Source: a virus. Taken from it: a DNA stretch of 64,000 bases. A model generated the notes under the pieces. The model saw only the letters and a program-made list of their open reading frames with translations. It searched no databases and had not been told where the DNA came from. Shown piece by piece: positions 28,326 to 38,017 of the stretch. The translations under genes and the position numbers were made by a program. Where the stretch lies: positions 6,749 to 70,748 of the IMG/VR virus record IMGVR_UViG_3300048591_000302, one strand, 5' to 3'. Within the stretch, counting starts at the first letter, position 1. Each line of letters begins with the position of its first letter.

Positions 28326-29086
28326 AGCAGAGCGTTAAGAAAGTCGAGATACGTAACCCCTACGAGAAAATCGAGTATTGCGGTCGTATCTGTTACAAGA
28401 GTGAACCGAAGGGTGATGCAGTTGGCTTCATCAAGAAGCGTATTGCCAGCGGTCATGAAAGCATTTTGGAACATGTGTATATCACTGTTTACGTGGACAC
28501 TGATACACCGATTTTCCTCGATGACAAATTCCTGACTATCGGTACACGTTCTGTATCTGGCAATATCCGGTCATTCAGGAACTACTGTAAACGCCGTAAG
28601 GACTATGCCATGGCACAGTACCTGCTCTCCATACTGCGTGGTAGTGCATACAATCATTTCTTCGAGGATATACCATGTAAAGACAAGACAGCATCCGGTG
28701 GTATCGTGTTGATGAAGCAGGAAACCTATCATTGCGTAACCAATCGTGGTATTAGTCACGAACTGGTGAGGCACCGGCAGATGTCCTTCAGTCAAGAGAG
28801 TACTCGATATATCAAGTACGATGAAATCGAGTATATTGATCCACTCACAGACCATCCGGCTTTGGGTCGTGCGCTTAAGGCTTGCTCCAAGGCTTACAAG
28901 GAACTGATCCGTGGTGGGATACCACCGCAGATTGCGCGAGCAGTACTGCCCAACGATTTGAAGACCGAGATCATTATCACAGGTACGCCACAAATGTGGG
29001 ATTACGTAATCAATCTGCGCAGTCAGCCAGATTGTCACCCTCAAATGCAAGAACTAATGAAGGAGATCAAAACATGTCGGAGCTGA
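28322..29086 (+). CDS. thyX: Flavin-dependent thymidylate synthase
   Basis: GRICY, GHESILEH, RGISHELVRHRQMSFSQESTRY and ARAVLP. Confidence 0.95.
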   Translation: MKQSVKKVEIRNPYEKIEYCGRICYKSEPKGDAVGFIKKRIASGHESILEHVYITVYVDTDTPIFLDDKFLTIGTRSVSGNIRSFRNYCKRRKDYAMAQYLLSILRGSAYNHFFEDIPCKDKTASGGIVLMKQETYHCVTNRGISHELVRHRQMSFSQESTRYIKYDEIEYIDPLTDHPALGRALKACSKAYKELIRGGIPPQIARAVLPNDLKTEIIITGTPQMWDYVINLRSQPDCHPQMQELMKEIKTCRS

Positions 29087-29280
29087 ACGGAACAATAAAT
29101 CTTAAAGAGATCGCAGACCTTGTCTGCAAGAAAAAACAAGACCTTGCTAATGGCATCTACAAATGTCCAATTTGCGGAGCAAGGGTGAATCCCGAAACAG
29201 ATTTCGATGATGAACGCTCGAAGAAGGAGTTCTTCATCTCGTCCCTGTGTCAAGAATGTCAAGATAAGGTTTTCGGCTAA
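29074..29280 (+). CDS. Small zinc-finger protein
   Basis: CPIC...F.DE.SKKEF.IS.LCQECQD; AAGGAG RBS. Confidence 0.65.
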   Translation: MSELNGTINLKEIADLVCKKKQDLANGIYKCPICGARVNPETDFDDERSKKEFFISSLCQECQDKVFG

Positions 29281-29651
29281 TGGCTGTCATCTTGACAATA
29301 GACAAGGTGAAGTTCGCAGTTGATGGTGCCCTGTGGATCAGAGAAGGTGAGAAGCTGCATATCGATGCTACGCTTGCACTGATGCTGCCACAGGACAACA
29401 CCCTCTGGATGGACTACATCAGTAAGTTCGCTGATCTGATGAGCCAATCAGATGCGCTAACCAACTTCACCATAGTGCGCGTTGGTCAAGAGATCATGGT
29501 GACGCTACCAGATAACATGTGTACGCGATATCTGCTCAATGGACTGTATATCGCGGATGATGAGTTCATCTTCACTACGTTACGTCCATTGGAAATGATG
29601 ATCTGTCTATCCACTGGACGCAGAAACGCCGCTTTGCGCGGCGTTGGTTAA
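29280..29651 (+). CDS. Hypothetical protein, last gene of the plus-strand block
   Basis: TAATG overlap with the upstream stop. Confidence 0.55.
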   Translation: MAVILTIDKVKFAVDGALWIREGEKLHIDATLALMLPQDNTLWMDYISKFADLMSQSDALTNFTIVRVGQEIMVTLPDNMCTRYLLNGLYIADDEFIFTTLRPLEMMICLSTGRRNAALRGVG

Positions 29652-29654
29652 GTG

Positions 29655-29783
29655 TTACTTGGGAACCTTGAAGTTGAGTCTTTCTTTGAACTCTTCTTTC
29701 TTTCCTTTGTTCCAGTTGGATACGGGTCGAATATAGCCGCACACGCGGCTATACACTTCGCACTTCTGACCACACTTAGCCAT
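29655..29783 (-). CDS. 42-aa stand-alone glycyl-radical domain resembling the class III ribonucleotide reductase (NrdD) C-terminus (absent from the ORF track)
   Basis: Hand translation MAKCGQKCEVYSRVCGYIRPVSNWNKGKKEEFKERLNFKVPK; RVCGY glycyl-radical loop and WNxGKxxEFxxR tail; start overlaps the upstream stop by 8 nt. Confidence 0.85.
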   Translation of the reverse strand: MAKCGQKCEVYSRVCGYIRPVSNWNKGKKEEFKERLNFKVPK

Positions 29784-30441
29784 CGACTACGCTTTCTGGT
29801 GTTATGTATTCATGTTTCTGTCCCTTAATTACCTTATTGAAAGGTACGATCTGATTCTCCAATCCAGAATATACGCTCCTGAGTATGTGCTCACCATATA
29901 TGCTTGAATGATAAGCTTTCTCGCGCTTTGCGTGGTAGTCACAACAAAGGAAACGTATATTCTTGGATTGCAAGAATCTGCAAAGAGCAACAGCAACGCA
30001 GATGCATGGCATTGATGGCCCGTACACGCCAAGCAGAGGTTCCTGTATCATGATCAGGTTCGTGTAACCGGTATAGCATGTCCAAGCTCTCGGCGATAGT
30101 AGCATCGTTGCTCGACAGCAATAGGCTCTATCACGAAGGGATGCGTCAATCTGTATCGCGAATAGCGGTCCATCGGCAACGGTGTTTACTTGATGCACAC
30201 TATTGTTCAAACAGATGGTCATGTGACCAGCCAAGTGTTCAGCGCGCAAGTATTCGAGCGAGGCACCGCTACCAACGATGTTGATTACTTGTCCTTGGTA
30301 AAGATCAACCAAAGAAAGGAAAGCGTTATTAATTGCACTAGAAATAGGTACATAATATCTCCTTCTGTAATCAACAGGCACGTACTCTTTAGTCGTGCCT
30401 TCTTTCTTTAGTTGTTTTAGACTTTTAAACATGCGATACAT
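29776..30441 (-). CDS. DUF115 / Maf-like glycosyltransferase-fold protein
   Basis: INIVGSGASL...TICLNNS...AVALCRFLQSKNIRFLCCD resembles the G.GPSL...GxD pattern of DUF115/GT42-like proteins. Confidence 0.55.
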   Translation of the reverse strand: MYRMFKSLKQLKKEGTTKEYVPVDYRRRYYVPISSAINNAFLSLVDLYQGQVINIVGSGASLEYLRAEHLAGHMTICLNNSVHQVNTVADGPLFAIQIDASLRDRAYCCRATMLLSPRAWTCYTGYTNLIMIQEPLLGVYGPSMPCICVAVALCRFLQSKNIRFLCCDYHAKREKAYHSSIYGEHILRSVYSGLENQIVPFNKVIKGQKHEYITPESVVDG

Positions 30442-30692
30442 TCTTCCTTATCAATCTTACGACCTTCGCAAGATAGCTGATTAGTAAATCCACAGCAGAA
30501 GCGTACTCGTTCGCTACCTCGTTTCGCACACGGTGGAAGGATCAGGTGGTAGACGCGCTTGTTCCGCGTGTCACGCTCGTAGCCCTCCGGCATATCAGGC
30601 ACCTTCGCTATGTAGTACCTGTCTCCGTTGTTCAACGTTCTGAATCTTTCCTTCGATTTCATCGAGCATCTCCTTGTCCACAGCTTGTCCAT
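30417..30692 (-). CDS. Cys-rich hypothetical protein
   Basis: PPCAKR..FCCG..SCE..CIAC. Confidence 0.5.
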   Translation of the reverse strand: MDKLWTRRCSMKSKERFRTLNNGDRYYIAKVPDMPEGYERDTRNKRVYHLILPPCAKRGSERVRFCCGFTNQLSCEGRKIDKEECIACLKV

Positions 30693-31281
30693 TCATCACG
30701 TCGAGCCGAATCATGCGAAGCATATTCCGGATTTCCTCATCTGCGCACTCGTCCTCCGCTTCCGAAAGTTCTCCGACCAGTTTCCACTTCGGATAGTTGC
30801 CACTCTCCTTGAGTATTTCAGTTATGCTCTCGAAGAGATTGCTCAAGCGATTGGTCCGAGCCAGCATCATGAGTGGTTGAAGTTGCTTACGTAATCCTTC
30901 CGGAGCCTGTTTCATGGCTTCTTGAAGGTTCTTCATGAGAATGTCCTCGAAAGCATAACCAGAGATCATCTCTCCAGCTACGATACGTGCCTTGGACAGA
31001 TGCTTATACACGCAGTCGAGACACGGCTCACGCCGGATGTTGATTTCCGTTTGTCCTGGATGATGAGGGGGCTTGTTATCAAGCATTTGTTTCAGCGCGG
31101 AGGGAAGATCAAGCTTCAACAGTTCCTTTTTATCAGTGTTCTTGAATAGAGGAAGGATTTCCGTCTGAAGGAAGCCGCAGCATTTCTTGCTGGCCTCCAG
31201 CTGATCGATGAAGCCGGGTACAAGCTTTTCGATGTCGCTCTCTACGAGTTTCAACTTTTTGTAATTGTCGTTCTCGCTCAT
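30595..31281 (-). CDS. Hypothetical protein with CC and CxxC motifs
   Basis: KKCCG, REPCLDCVYKHL and GELSEAEDEC; ATGA-coupled. Confidence 0.6.
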   Translation of the reverse strand: MSENDNYKKLKLVESDIEKLVPGFIDQLEASKKCCGFLQTEILPLFKNTDKKELLKLDLPSALKQMLDNKPPHHPGQTEINIRREPCLDCVYKHLSKARIVAGEMISGYAFEDILMKNLQEAMKQAPEGLRKQLQPLMMLARTNRLSNLFESITEILKESGNYPKWKLVGELSEAEDECADEEIRNMLRMIRLDVMNGQAVDKEMLDEIEGKIQNVEQRRQVLHSEGA

Positions 31282-32243
31282 TCTGTCCTCCAGGAATTAT
31301 TCTGAATGCTGTCTTCGATGGTTTTGAACGCCTCGAGATCACCTAGTCCACACTCGAACAGACACGGTTCCCTTTCCCATTTGATCCGGGCATGTATTGC
31401 CTGCTTCTTGAAACGTTCACGAAATTTCTCATCTGTAAGACACTTGCGACAACGTTCGTGATCAACCAAGATTCCGCAACGTGGGCAGCCATACTGCTGC
31501 AAGCTCTTAAGAGAAATCTTACTCCCGTCTTCAAACTCTCCCTTCTTCAGATGTTTATATAAATCGATGGCTTTTTCCCAATGTTCGCTGACAATCCTTT
31601 TATGTCTGCTACGATTCAGCTTGACGTTGATTCTTCTGCGGGCTTTCTTGATGTCAAAGGGAACACCGACGAATTCAGCAACACGCTTTATTTGTTCCAG
31701 CGGCTCGGAGACAAGCTTTTCGTATTCCACAACCAGCGTCGGTTTCTGATACTTCTGCAACCATGCACACATCGGTATGGCTACGTTCAAATAGAACTCA
31801 GGACCATTTACCGTTTCGTTGTTCATCTCTCTAAGAGGAAATTTCCTGGTCATTCTCTCCTGGCTTGTGGCGACGGCTTTCGGATGTCTGACCATCAGGA
31901 TGATCTTGTCCACATACTTCGGGTCGGTATGAATGATGCCTCTGGCAACGATCTTGACCGCCGTATTGTGTTCATTGATTAGACGATCAAGACGCTCCGC
32001 ATCCATCCAACGATAGAACATTCCCTGGACAGCATATATATCCTCCCAGAATCCGTTCGGATTCATGTCCTTCTTGATGTTTGCTTTCCTTTTGGGACTC
32101 AAATACTGCATACAGGCTTCTTCCGGTGTCTTCGGTTTTCTTTCTTGTGGAAAGGCGTCTCCTACGATCTTCAGGCCACCGGACCTACAGATATCCATCA
32201 TCAGACTGGTGCCGCTCCTCGAAACTCCTGATACGATAATCAT
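31278..32243 (-). CDS. PAPS-dependent sulfotransferase with Cys-rich C-terminus
   Basis: 5'-PSB loop SGVSRSGTSLMM, NPNGFWE, 3'-PB ILMVRHP..V..S and VEYEKLVSEP. Confidence 0.85.
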   Translation of the reverse strand: MIIVSGVSRSGTSLMMDICRSGGLKIVGDAFPQERKPKTPEEACMQYLSPKRKANIKKDMNPNGFWEDIYAVQGMFYRWMDAERLDRLINEHNTAVKIVARGIIHTDPKYVDKIILMVRHPKAVATSQERMTRKFPLREMNNETVNGPEFYLNVAIPMCAWLQKYQKPTLVVEYEKLVSEPLEQIKRVAEFVGVPFDIKKARRRINVKLNRSRHKRIVSEHWEKAIDLYKHLKKGEFEDGSKISLKSLQQYGCPRCGILVDHERCRKCLTDEKFRERFKKQAIHARIKWEREPCLFECGLGDLEAFKTIEDSIQNNSWRTE

Positions 32244-33202
32244 ATCACTTCTCCCCAACTAACTCTTATACCGCTTGTGAAACGAACGAAACCCGGTTGT
32301 ATTGTAGCGTTCACTTGTGCCAGATCATTGCTTCGGCTAGCCGTAGATGCAGGAGACAGGTAGCTTGCAGGCCACACCGTTGATGTTGTATAGGTCGGAG
32401 CCGGATATGCCGGAGCACAAGCATTCTTCTTTCGATAATACTTCTTGTACCAATAATTTTGTATGTGGACTGAATGAACATTTGTATTATAGACATAGGC
32501 TGAATCAGGGCTGGTGCCTGCATTGTATCTGCTTTTATTACTGTTCCAGGCTGCAACTTGGTCAGGAGACATGACACCGTTTACAGCTGTTCCAGACCAA
32601 TACCAATTAAGCAATCCTGAGTAGTCAGCCCCTGTCCTTGCCACCATTTCAACGACCTGCGACGGTCCATATCTATGTGATCCTGTGTATATTCTTTGAA
32701 ATTTGGCAAAGGTTCTTTTAGACCGCGAACCTTGCCACTCATACACCGTAATTACATCAGAACCGGAGGTGTATTTAAATGTTCCGGTCCCTGAATTGTT
32801 ATTTGATAGTGTCTCACAATTTGTACGTTCATCGCAGTAGACACATAGGTCTTTTGTTTCTCCATTTTCCCAAATACAGACGAAATGTTCAAATCGACAT
32901 AGACTGTCGGAATAATACTTCAACATGGGTTGAAAGAACATGAGGACCATGCAATCATCATAAGGAGCCGTCCAATCGACGGTGATGGGTATTTTTCGTA
33001 CAGCACCGCAATTACGGCCGCAAGTGCAGCCAGGACGATCACATTTGTTCAAATAAGTGTCAAAACCCAGATTCTCTACCAGAAAAAATTTGTCGTCTGT
33101 TTCCTTCACAGAAAATCCGAAGTTGAATGGGTTGGTCGGATACCGATTTGGCATATCCTTACAGTTAATGGCTCCTTTTTCGTAACGGATAACATTATTC
33201 AT
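32240..33202 (-). CDS. Putative minor tail or virion protein
   Basis: Directly follows tail-tip genes; rich in Tyr, Ser, Thr and Cys. Confidence 0.45.
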   Translation of the reverse strand: MNNVIRYEKGAINCKDMPNRYPTNPFNFGFSVKETDDKFFLVENLGFDTYLNKCDRPGCTCGRNCGAVRKIPITVDWTAPYDDCMVLMFFQPMLKYYSDSLCRFEHFVCIWENGETKDLCVYCDERTNCETLSNNNSGTGTFKYTSGSDVITVYEWQGSRSKRTFAKFQRIYTGSHRYGPSQVVEMVARTGADYSGLLNWYWSGTAVNGVMSPDQVAAWNSNKSRYNAGTSPDSAYVYNTNVHSVHIQNYWYKKYYRKKNACAPAYPAPTYTTSTVWPASYLSPASTASRSNDLAQVNATIQPGFVRFTSGIRVSWGEVI

Positions 33203-33703
33203 TTAGAACACTCCTATGAAAGTCATTGCATTATGCCCACTGAAATATATTAAGAAATTCGTACGATGATACAGGTCTGCTGCACCGGGTCGCAATGTTC
33301 CATCTGTACTAGAGACACCTGATTGTGTAATCGTTCCATTATTATCAGTATAATAATGTGTTGCGTCGAATTGAATATGACCGTAGTTCGTAACAGCGTT
33401 CATCTCAATCCTCTGCGTTCCGTTGTCAAATAACCAGTATTCAATATAGCCTGTTTCTTCGTCAATGGTGATGTCTGTGGGACAAATAACACCCGGATAA
33501 GACGGATATCTTGTCAAGAATGTGGATTGCGGATAGATTGTCTGGGTTCCGAAGGCACAAAGCATTGTTTCCTGGGTCGTTATAAGCATCGGGTGGCGGC
33601 AAGGTATCTCAATAGTTCTAGTGCAGAAAGCTCCACCACAACAGCACTGGCGGATTTTATGATCCGTCATTAGAACTTTACTGTTTTGAATGTAGAATTT
33701 CAT
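33203..33703 (-). CDS. Putative minor tail protein (CCC motif)
   Basis: KIRQCCCGG; beta-rich; position in the tail operon. Confidence 0.45.
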   Translation of the reverse strand: MKFYIQNSKVLMTDHKIRQCCCGGAFCTRTIEIPCRHPMLITTQETMLCAFGTQTIYPQSTFLTRYPSYPGVICPTDITIDEETGYIEYWLFDNGTQRIEMNAVTNYGHIQFDATHYYTDNNGTITQSGVSSTDGTLRPGAADLYHRTNFLIYFSGHNAMTFIGVF

Positions 33704-34695
33704 CAGTCACAAAGCTCCAATGGCATGACTCTGAACCAACGTTGTAACCCATTGAAACCGCTGTAGTGCGCGACCATGTATTCGCGGTCGTCACGATCAG
33801 TGTTTGGCTCTTCATCGACATCCGTTCCTTGCTGCATCCGAATTATTGCAACCGTTTTGTTACCATCAATCGACGGCGTGTCGAGATATACATCTTTAGT
33901 GAACTCTGCATTAGCCACGCACTTGATCAGACCGAGACGCATCAGCGTCATCCAGTTACTATCGCTGGTTGCATCATCACGATCTTCAGCTTCCAAGATC
34001 AAATCACTACTTGTAGGTGCCATCGTACTCTCATTGAAAAGGAAGCCAACGAACCTGTTTTCGCCGATCACAGCAGAGGAATACACTTCAGCTGAATCAG
34101 TAGGAGGGAAAGACAATGGTGGATTAACGAATCCAGGATAGCCATCTACAACCATGCTCGTCGGTGTTTCATCAGGCCACGTATCCTGTAGAGCAGTTAT
34201 TACAGTCGTCGGTGTTGACCATGAACTACGAAGGAAAAGCCCAAGCTGTTTCTCAAAGAAATGGTACTCAATATTTTCTGACAGCTCTTGCGTGATTATG
34301 GCTGAGTAGACACCACTCTCGACCTGAAACTCGATTGTTCCAAGCTTGTAAGCGTTGTGTCCAGTGAAATGCAAGTCCTCTTCCATATCAACGGCGGCTG
34401 GCGAAAGTGCGAAGAAACTGCTTTCAGCGTCACCGTCATCAACGGAAGAGAAAGCGACGAAATACACGTTCCATGTTTCGACAGCAATAGCTGCTGTTAT
34501 GTCGATCGTGCCTCCGTTGATTGGACGAACGAACTTGCTACCGTTGCCATACCAGATGTAGCGACCACCGGTTATGGTAATCTCGTACTTGTAGACATCA
34601 GGATCTTCACTCACCAGAGTAACTAAGAATCCGATCTGGAACGGAGCATTCTTAGCTATCGTGATCCAATTGATACGCTCTTTTTGAATAGGCAT
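33703..34695 (-). CDS. Putative tail tip protein
   Basis: Acidic beta-rich protein after the hub-like gene. Confidence 0.5.
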   Translation of the reverse strand: MPIQKERINWITIAKNAPFQIGFLVTLVSEDPDVYKYEITITGGRYIWYGNGSKFVRPINGGTIDITAAIAVETWNVYFVAFSSVDDGDAESSFFALSPAAVDMEEDLHFTGHNAYKLGTIEFQVESGVYSAIITQELSENIEYHFFEKQLGLFLRSSWSTPTTVITALQDTWPDETPTSMVVDGYPGFVNPPLSFPPTDSAEVYSSAVIGENRFVGFLFNESTMAPTSSDLILEAEDRDDATSDSNWMTLMRLGLIKCVANAEFTKDVYLDTPSIDGNKTVAIIRMQQGTDVDEEPNTDRDDREYMVAHYSGFNGLQRWFRVMPLELCD

Positions 34696-37217
34696 TATGG
34701 CACCTCTTCGCTAATGAATGCTCCACCGTGCGGAGCATAAGCTATTACTACTGTGTCACCTACAGCAACACTATTGTCCTTGATAGCAAACTTGATATCC
34801 TCGTAGTCAGTGTTGGTTTGAGCAACACCCTTCTGCTTAGCCATCTTGACGGTCGTGTTACCAATCTGTACTGCATCACCAACAGCGTAAGTACCGTGTA
34901 CGCTCTTAACCTTGACAGTGATTATATCGCTCTCCTTGACTTGATTCATTAGCTGATCGCCGTAGCGACCAACACTCGTCAGGTCATATATCCGAGCGCG
35001 CTTCTTCAACCCGGGCAGGAAGAACGAGTCGAAATAGAACGGCTCAGGGAGGAAGGTGCTGTCAATGGCTGCCACGATATTATCCGGATACGGATCGTTG
35101 AAATCCGGGAACGGGTCACCGCCAGTGGGTGAAGTAGGTAGCCAGATCACAACATCAGAAGCATCCTCAGCGAAGTTGGTTTCATTGGACAGCACGACAC
35201 CGTGCGTTGCAACGGTGAAGTCCGGCAAGTCTATCTCCACGACGTCGAAAGGCTTGACATCAACCTTCGTATAGAACTGACCTACACGAAGCTGATGCCA
35301 CGAATTGCTGTAGCGAACAAGCCAGAACTGCACACTACGGAGTACACAGATGCGCAAGTTGTAGATCAAGTAATCATGTTTATACAGGTACTGCTTGAAG
35401 CCAACTGGTCTGTTCTTCTGGTAGACGTATCGCTCAGTACGCTCAGGAAAGTAGTCAGTGAAGTAGGCAGCCTTGATGTCGGTGTAGATGCTACGTACGT
35501 CGGTTAGCTCCATCTCGATAGTAGGATACTCAGTCGTGTCCTCATCAACAGTACCTGCCGGATCAGCAATCGTCGTTATATCCTCAGCGAGATCGCGAAT
35601 ATACACTACACCATCTACGATCACTATCCCAATATGCGCTTCCCAACACACTTGCCTCAGCAGTTCCAGCGCATCCATCATCTCGAAGAGTGCGAAGCCA
35701 CAAGGATAGTTCTTGACGCTATCCAAATCACGGACATGCGCGAAGCTTACAGGGTCAGCAGTTAGATCAGTAGTGTAGTTATCGATCACGTATTCGAGAA
35801 CATCAACTACATTACCTGTGGGCGCGATAGATGAACGATAGGAGACGTACCATTGTTTGGTGTCCCAGTCGTTACGACCACGCATAGCTTGTCCAACTGT
35901 CAAGATGGATGGACCTGAAAGGTCTAGCTCATACATCGTCGTAGGCACGACACGAAGCTCACCACGGTAGAAAGCGTATGCTGCTAGCACTTCCTCGGTT
36001 GCCTCGCCATTGAACACGTAATCGTAGCCATCTTCATTAACGAGAAACACTTGTGTACCAGCCGGGATATACCACACATTGGGGTAGTTGTACTGAATCT
36101 CACCTGGCCATCCACCTTCAAGCTCTACACCACCAAGTTCATACTGACCACGGGCATCAACGATACTGGCATCCATAGTATAGCCTGCACCAACGTTGGT
36201 ATCAATCAGTATTGGATTTCCCAAATCATCAAGCACAGGGTTCTCAAGGATAAGTTTGTCACCGATATGCTGGCTACAACGAACGTAGACATCGCGATAA
36301 TCGGTTTCTTGGTCGTCGTTGAAACTGGGATCAGCCATTTCACGACCTTCAGGTTCAGGGAGTGACGTGGGCTGGTACTTGATATAGTAATAGTTCTGCC
36401 TAAAACGTATACGCAAATACTTGCCAGCGAGACGACCGCTGAAGTTGTTGACCCAGAGTGCGCTCGGGTTCGCGGCATCAGCGTCATCATCAGGATTAGG
36501 ACGTGTCGTTATGTCACGACCACCAGTATAGTAGTTGACATTGAAGTACAATGGGCTGTCATCTTTGGTCTCGAACTCGCCAGTTATTTTGTTCATTGAA
36601 CCATAGATCAGCACATCACCAACGTTGACCATATACTCACCATCAGGCATAGCCTCTGGATTGCTCACCTTGAACTTGGTCTTGATGAACGTTAGATTCG
36701 CTGATCCACGTTTGAACTTCCCAACCGAGGCTGCTTCATACACGGCTTCGAGCAGCTTGCAGTCTGGTATGCAATAGCGGTTGATTGCAGGTACACCCAA
36801 GACGGTGCCGAAACCAATAGGAGGATTGGGTGGAGGGCATATTTCATCCTCGATTTCCTCATCTGTCAGAACGGTTACCAAACTCGTCTCAACAGAAGAT
36901 ACACAGGCGAGCTGCATAGTTCTGTTCATCTCGATCCAAACGATCGGCGTTGACACCTTGCCCTTGAAAACAGTCAGTGCATCGTCAGTAGGATTAGCCT
37001 TGAAAGTGATAATCACAGGCAAGCCATACAGCGGTGAGCTGTCGAAAATAGCTTTCATCTCTCCATCACTGTCATCGAGCGTGATCGAGACATCACTTGA
37101 CATAGTGATCGAATCGATACTACCTTCTGAGTGTATGGCACCCATCTGGATGACACGGGCAGTACGATCTACACCGCCGATGGTCAGGGTGTACTGCGGT
37201 GAGAAAGTATTAATCAT
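34695..37217 (-). CDS. Tail tip or baseplate hub-like protein
   Basis: 840 aa; SITLDDSDG, PIGFG.V..VPA and NVVDVLEYVI motifs; downstream of the tape measure. Confidence 0.65.
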   Translation of the reverse strand: MINTFSPQYTLTIGGVDRTARVIQMGAIHSEGSIDSITMSSDVSITLDDSDGEMKAIFDSSPLYGLPVIITFKANPTDDALTVFKGKVSTPIVWIEMNRTMQLACVSSVETSLVTVLTDEEIEDEICPPPNPPIGFGTVLGVPAINRYCIPDCKLLEAVYEAASVGKFKRGSANLTFIKTKFKVSNPEAMPDGEYMVNVGDVLIYGSMNKITGEFETKDDSPLYFNVNYYTGGRDITTRPNPDDDADAANPSALWVNNFSGRLAGKYLRIRFRQNYYYIKYQPTSLPEPEGREMADPSFNDDQETDYRDVYVRCSQHIGDKLILENPVLDDLGNPILIDTNVGAGYTMDASIVDARGQYELGGVELEGGWPGEIQYNYPNVWYIPAGTQVFLVNEDGYDYVFNGEATEEVLAAYAFYRGELRVVPTTMYELDLSGPSILTVGQAMRGRNDWDTKQWYVSYRSSIAPTGNVVDVLEYVIDNYTTDLTADPVSFAHVRDLDSVKNYPCGFALFEMMDALELLRQVCWEAHIGIVIVDGVVYIRDLAEDITTIADPAGTVDEDTTEYPTIEMELTDVRSIYTDIKAAYFTDYFPERTERYVYQKNRPVGFKQYLYKHDYLIYNLRICVLRSVQFWLVRYSNSWHQLRVGQFYTKVDVKPFDVVEIDLPDFTVATHGVVLSNETNFAEDASDVVIWLPTSPTGGDPFPDFNDPYPDNIVAAIDSTFLPEPFYFDSFFLPGLKKRARIYDLTSVGRYGDQLMNQVKESDIITVKVKSVHGTYAVGDAVQIGNTTVKMAKQKGVAQTNTDYEDIKFAIKDNSVAVGDTVVIAYAPHGGAFISEEVP

Positions 37218-37557
37218 TTGGCATAACCTCCAATGTGAGTGATACGCTAACGAACCTGCGCTTGCTGCGTATGTAATTGATTAGTTCATCGCTGATGTAG
37301 ACGCTCTTGGTCAAGCCACGATGGTCAATGTACGGTATGGCTGTACCCATAGTGGACAGTAGGTAACTGATCACCGAATCATACTCTTCATCACAAGTGG
37401 GCATGTCAAAAGACACTTCAATATGCTCACGTGTGATATCATCCTTGAAGATTTGCAAGTTGTTTGAATAGCTGCGTTTGGTGCGAATGTTAGGTCGCAC
37501 GTTGATCACCTTCGACTCACGACCTTCGGGCAGTTCGAGCGTACCGAGTGTAATCAT
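37210..37557 (-). CDS. Distal tail-like protein
   Basis: Small beta protein after the TMP; related in pattern to 37557-37955. Confidence 0.5.
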   Translation of the reverse strand: MITLGTLELPEGRESKVINVRPNIRTKRSYSNNLQIFKDDITREHIEVSFDMPTCDEEYDSVISYLLSTMGTAIPYIDHRGLTKSVYISDELINYIRSKRRFVSVSLTLEVMPND

Positions 37558-37955
37558 TATGCCACCTCGAAACTGAATTCGACATTAGTGTTGCAATCGT
37601 TGACCGTGATGTCGCGATCTGTGACAACTATGTCTCCAACGATGGTACCATCAAACGACTCGTCTGTCTCGACAAGCTCGTCATCAATATAGTATAGAGT
37701 CAATGACATAGCCTGACCAAGACTTGCATACAAGAACGAAAGCAAACCGAGGTGATCGGTGATGCTGCTGAAGGAGAGTTTGAGCACGTTGTATTGGATC
37801 GCTGTGTCCCGTAGGAAGATGTGCCTACGATCCTTAATGATATTGGTTGTTATATCGGTTGTCCATGCAGCTGCGTCACCGAAGTCTGGACCTTTGGTGA
37901 TCGTGTAATCAGTGGTACCTGCTGTGAGCGTTACTTGATATATTTCTTTGTGCAT
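37557..37955 (-). CDS. Distal tail-like protein
   Basis: First gene after the TMP. Confidence 0.5.
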   Translation of the reverse strand: MHKEIYQVTLTAGTTDYTITKGPDFGDAAAWTTDITTNIIKDRRHIFLRDTAIQYNVLKLSFSSITDHLGLLSFLYASLGQAMSLTLYYIDDELVETDESFDGTIVGDIVVTDRDITVNDCNTNVEFSFEVA

Positions 37956-37971
37956 TGTTTCACCTGTGTGG

Positions 37972-38017
37972 TGGGCTAGGGGTTAGCGGAGGGCTAACTA
38001 ACCCCTTAGACGGCCCA
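37972..38017 (-). terminator. Stem-loop after the tape measure stop
   Basis: AGGGGTTAG/CTAACCCCT stem with flanking TGGGC/GCCCA; no U tract. Confidence 0.35.

Noticed and set aside
30595-33703. Host assignment to the PVC group from CCC/CxxC-rich tail-region proteins
   Set aside because: Impression only; cannot be supported without database searches.
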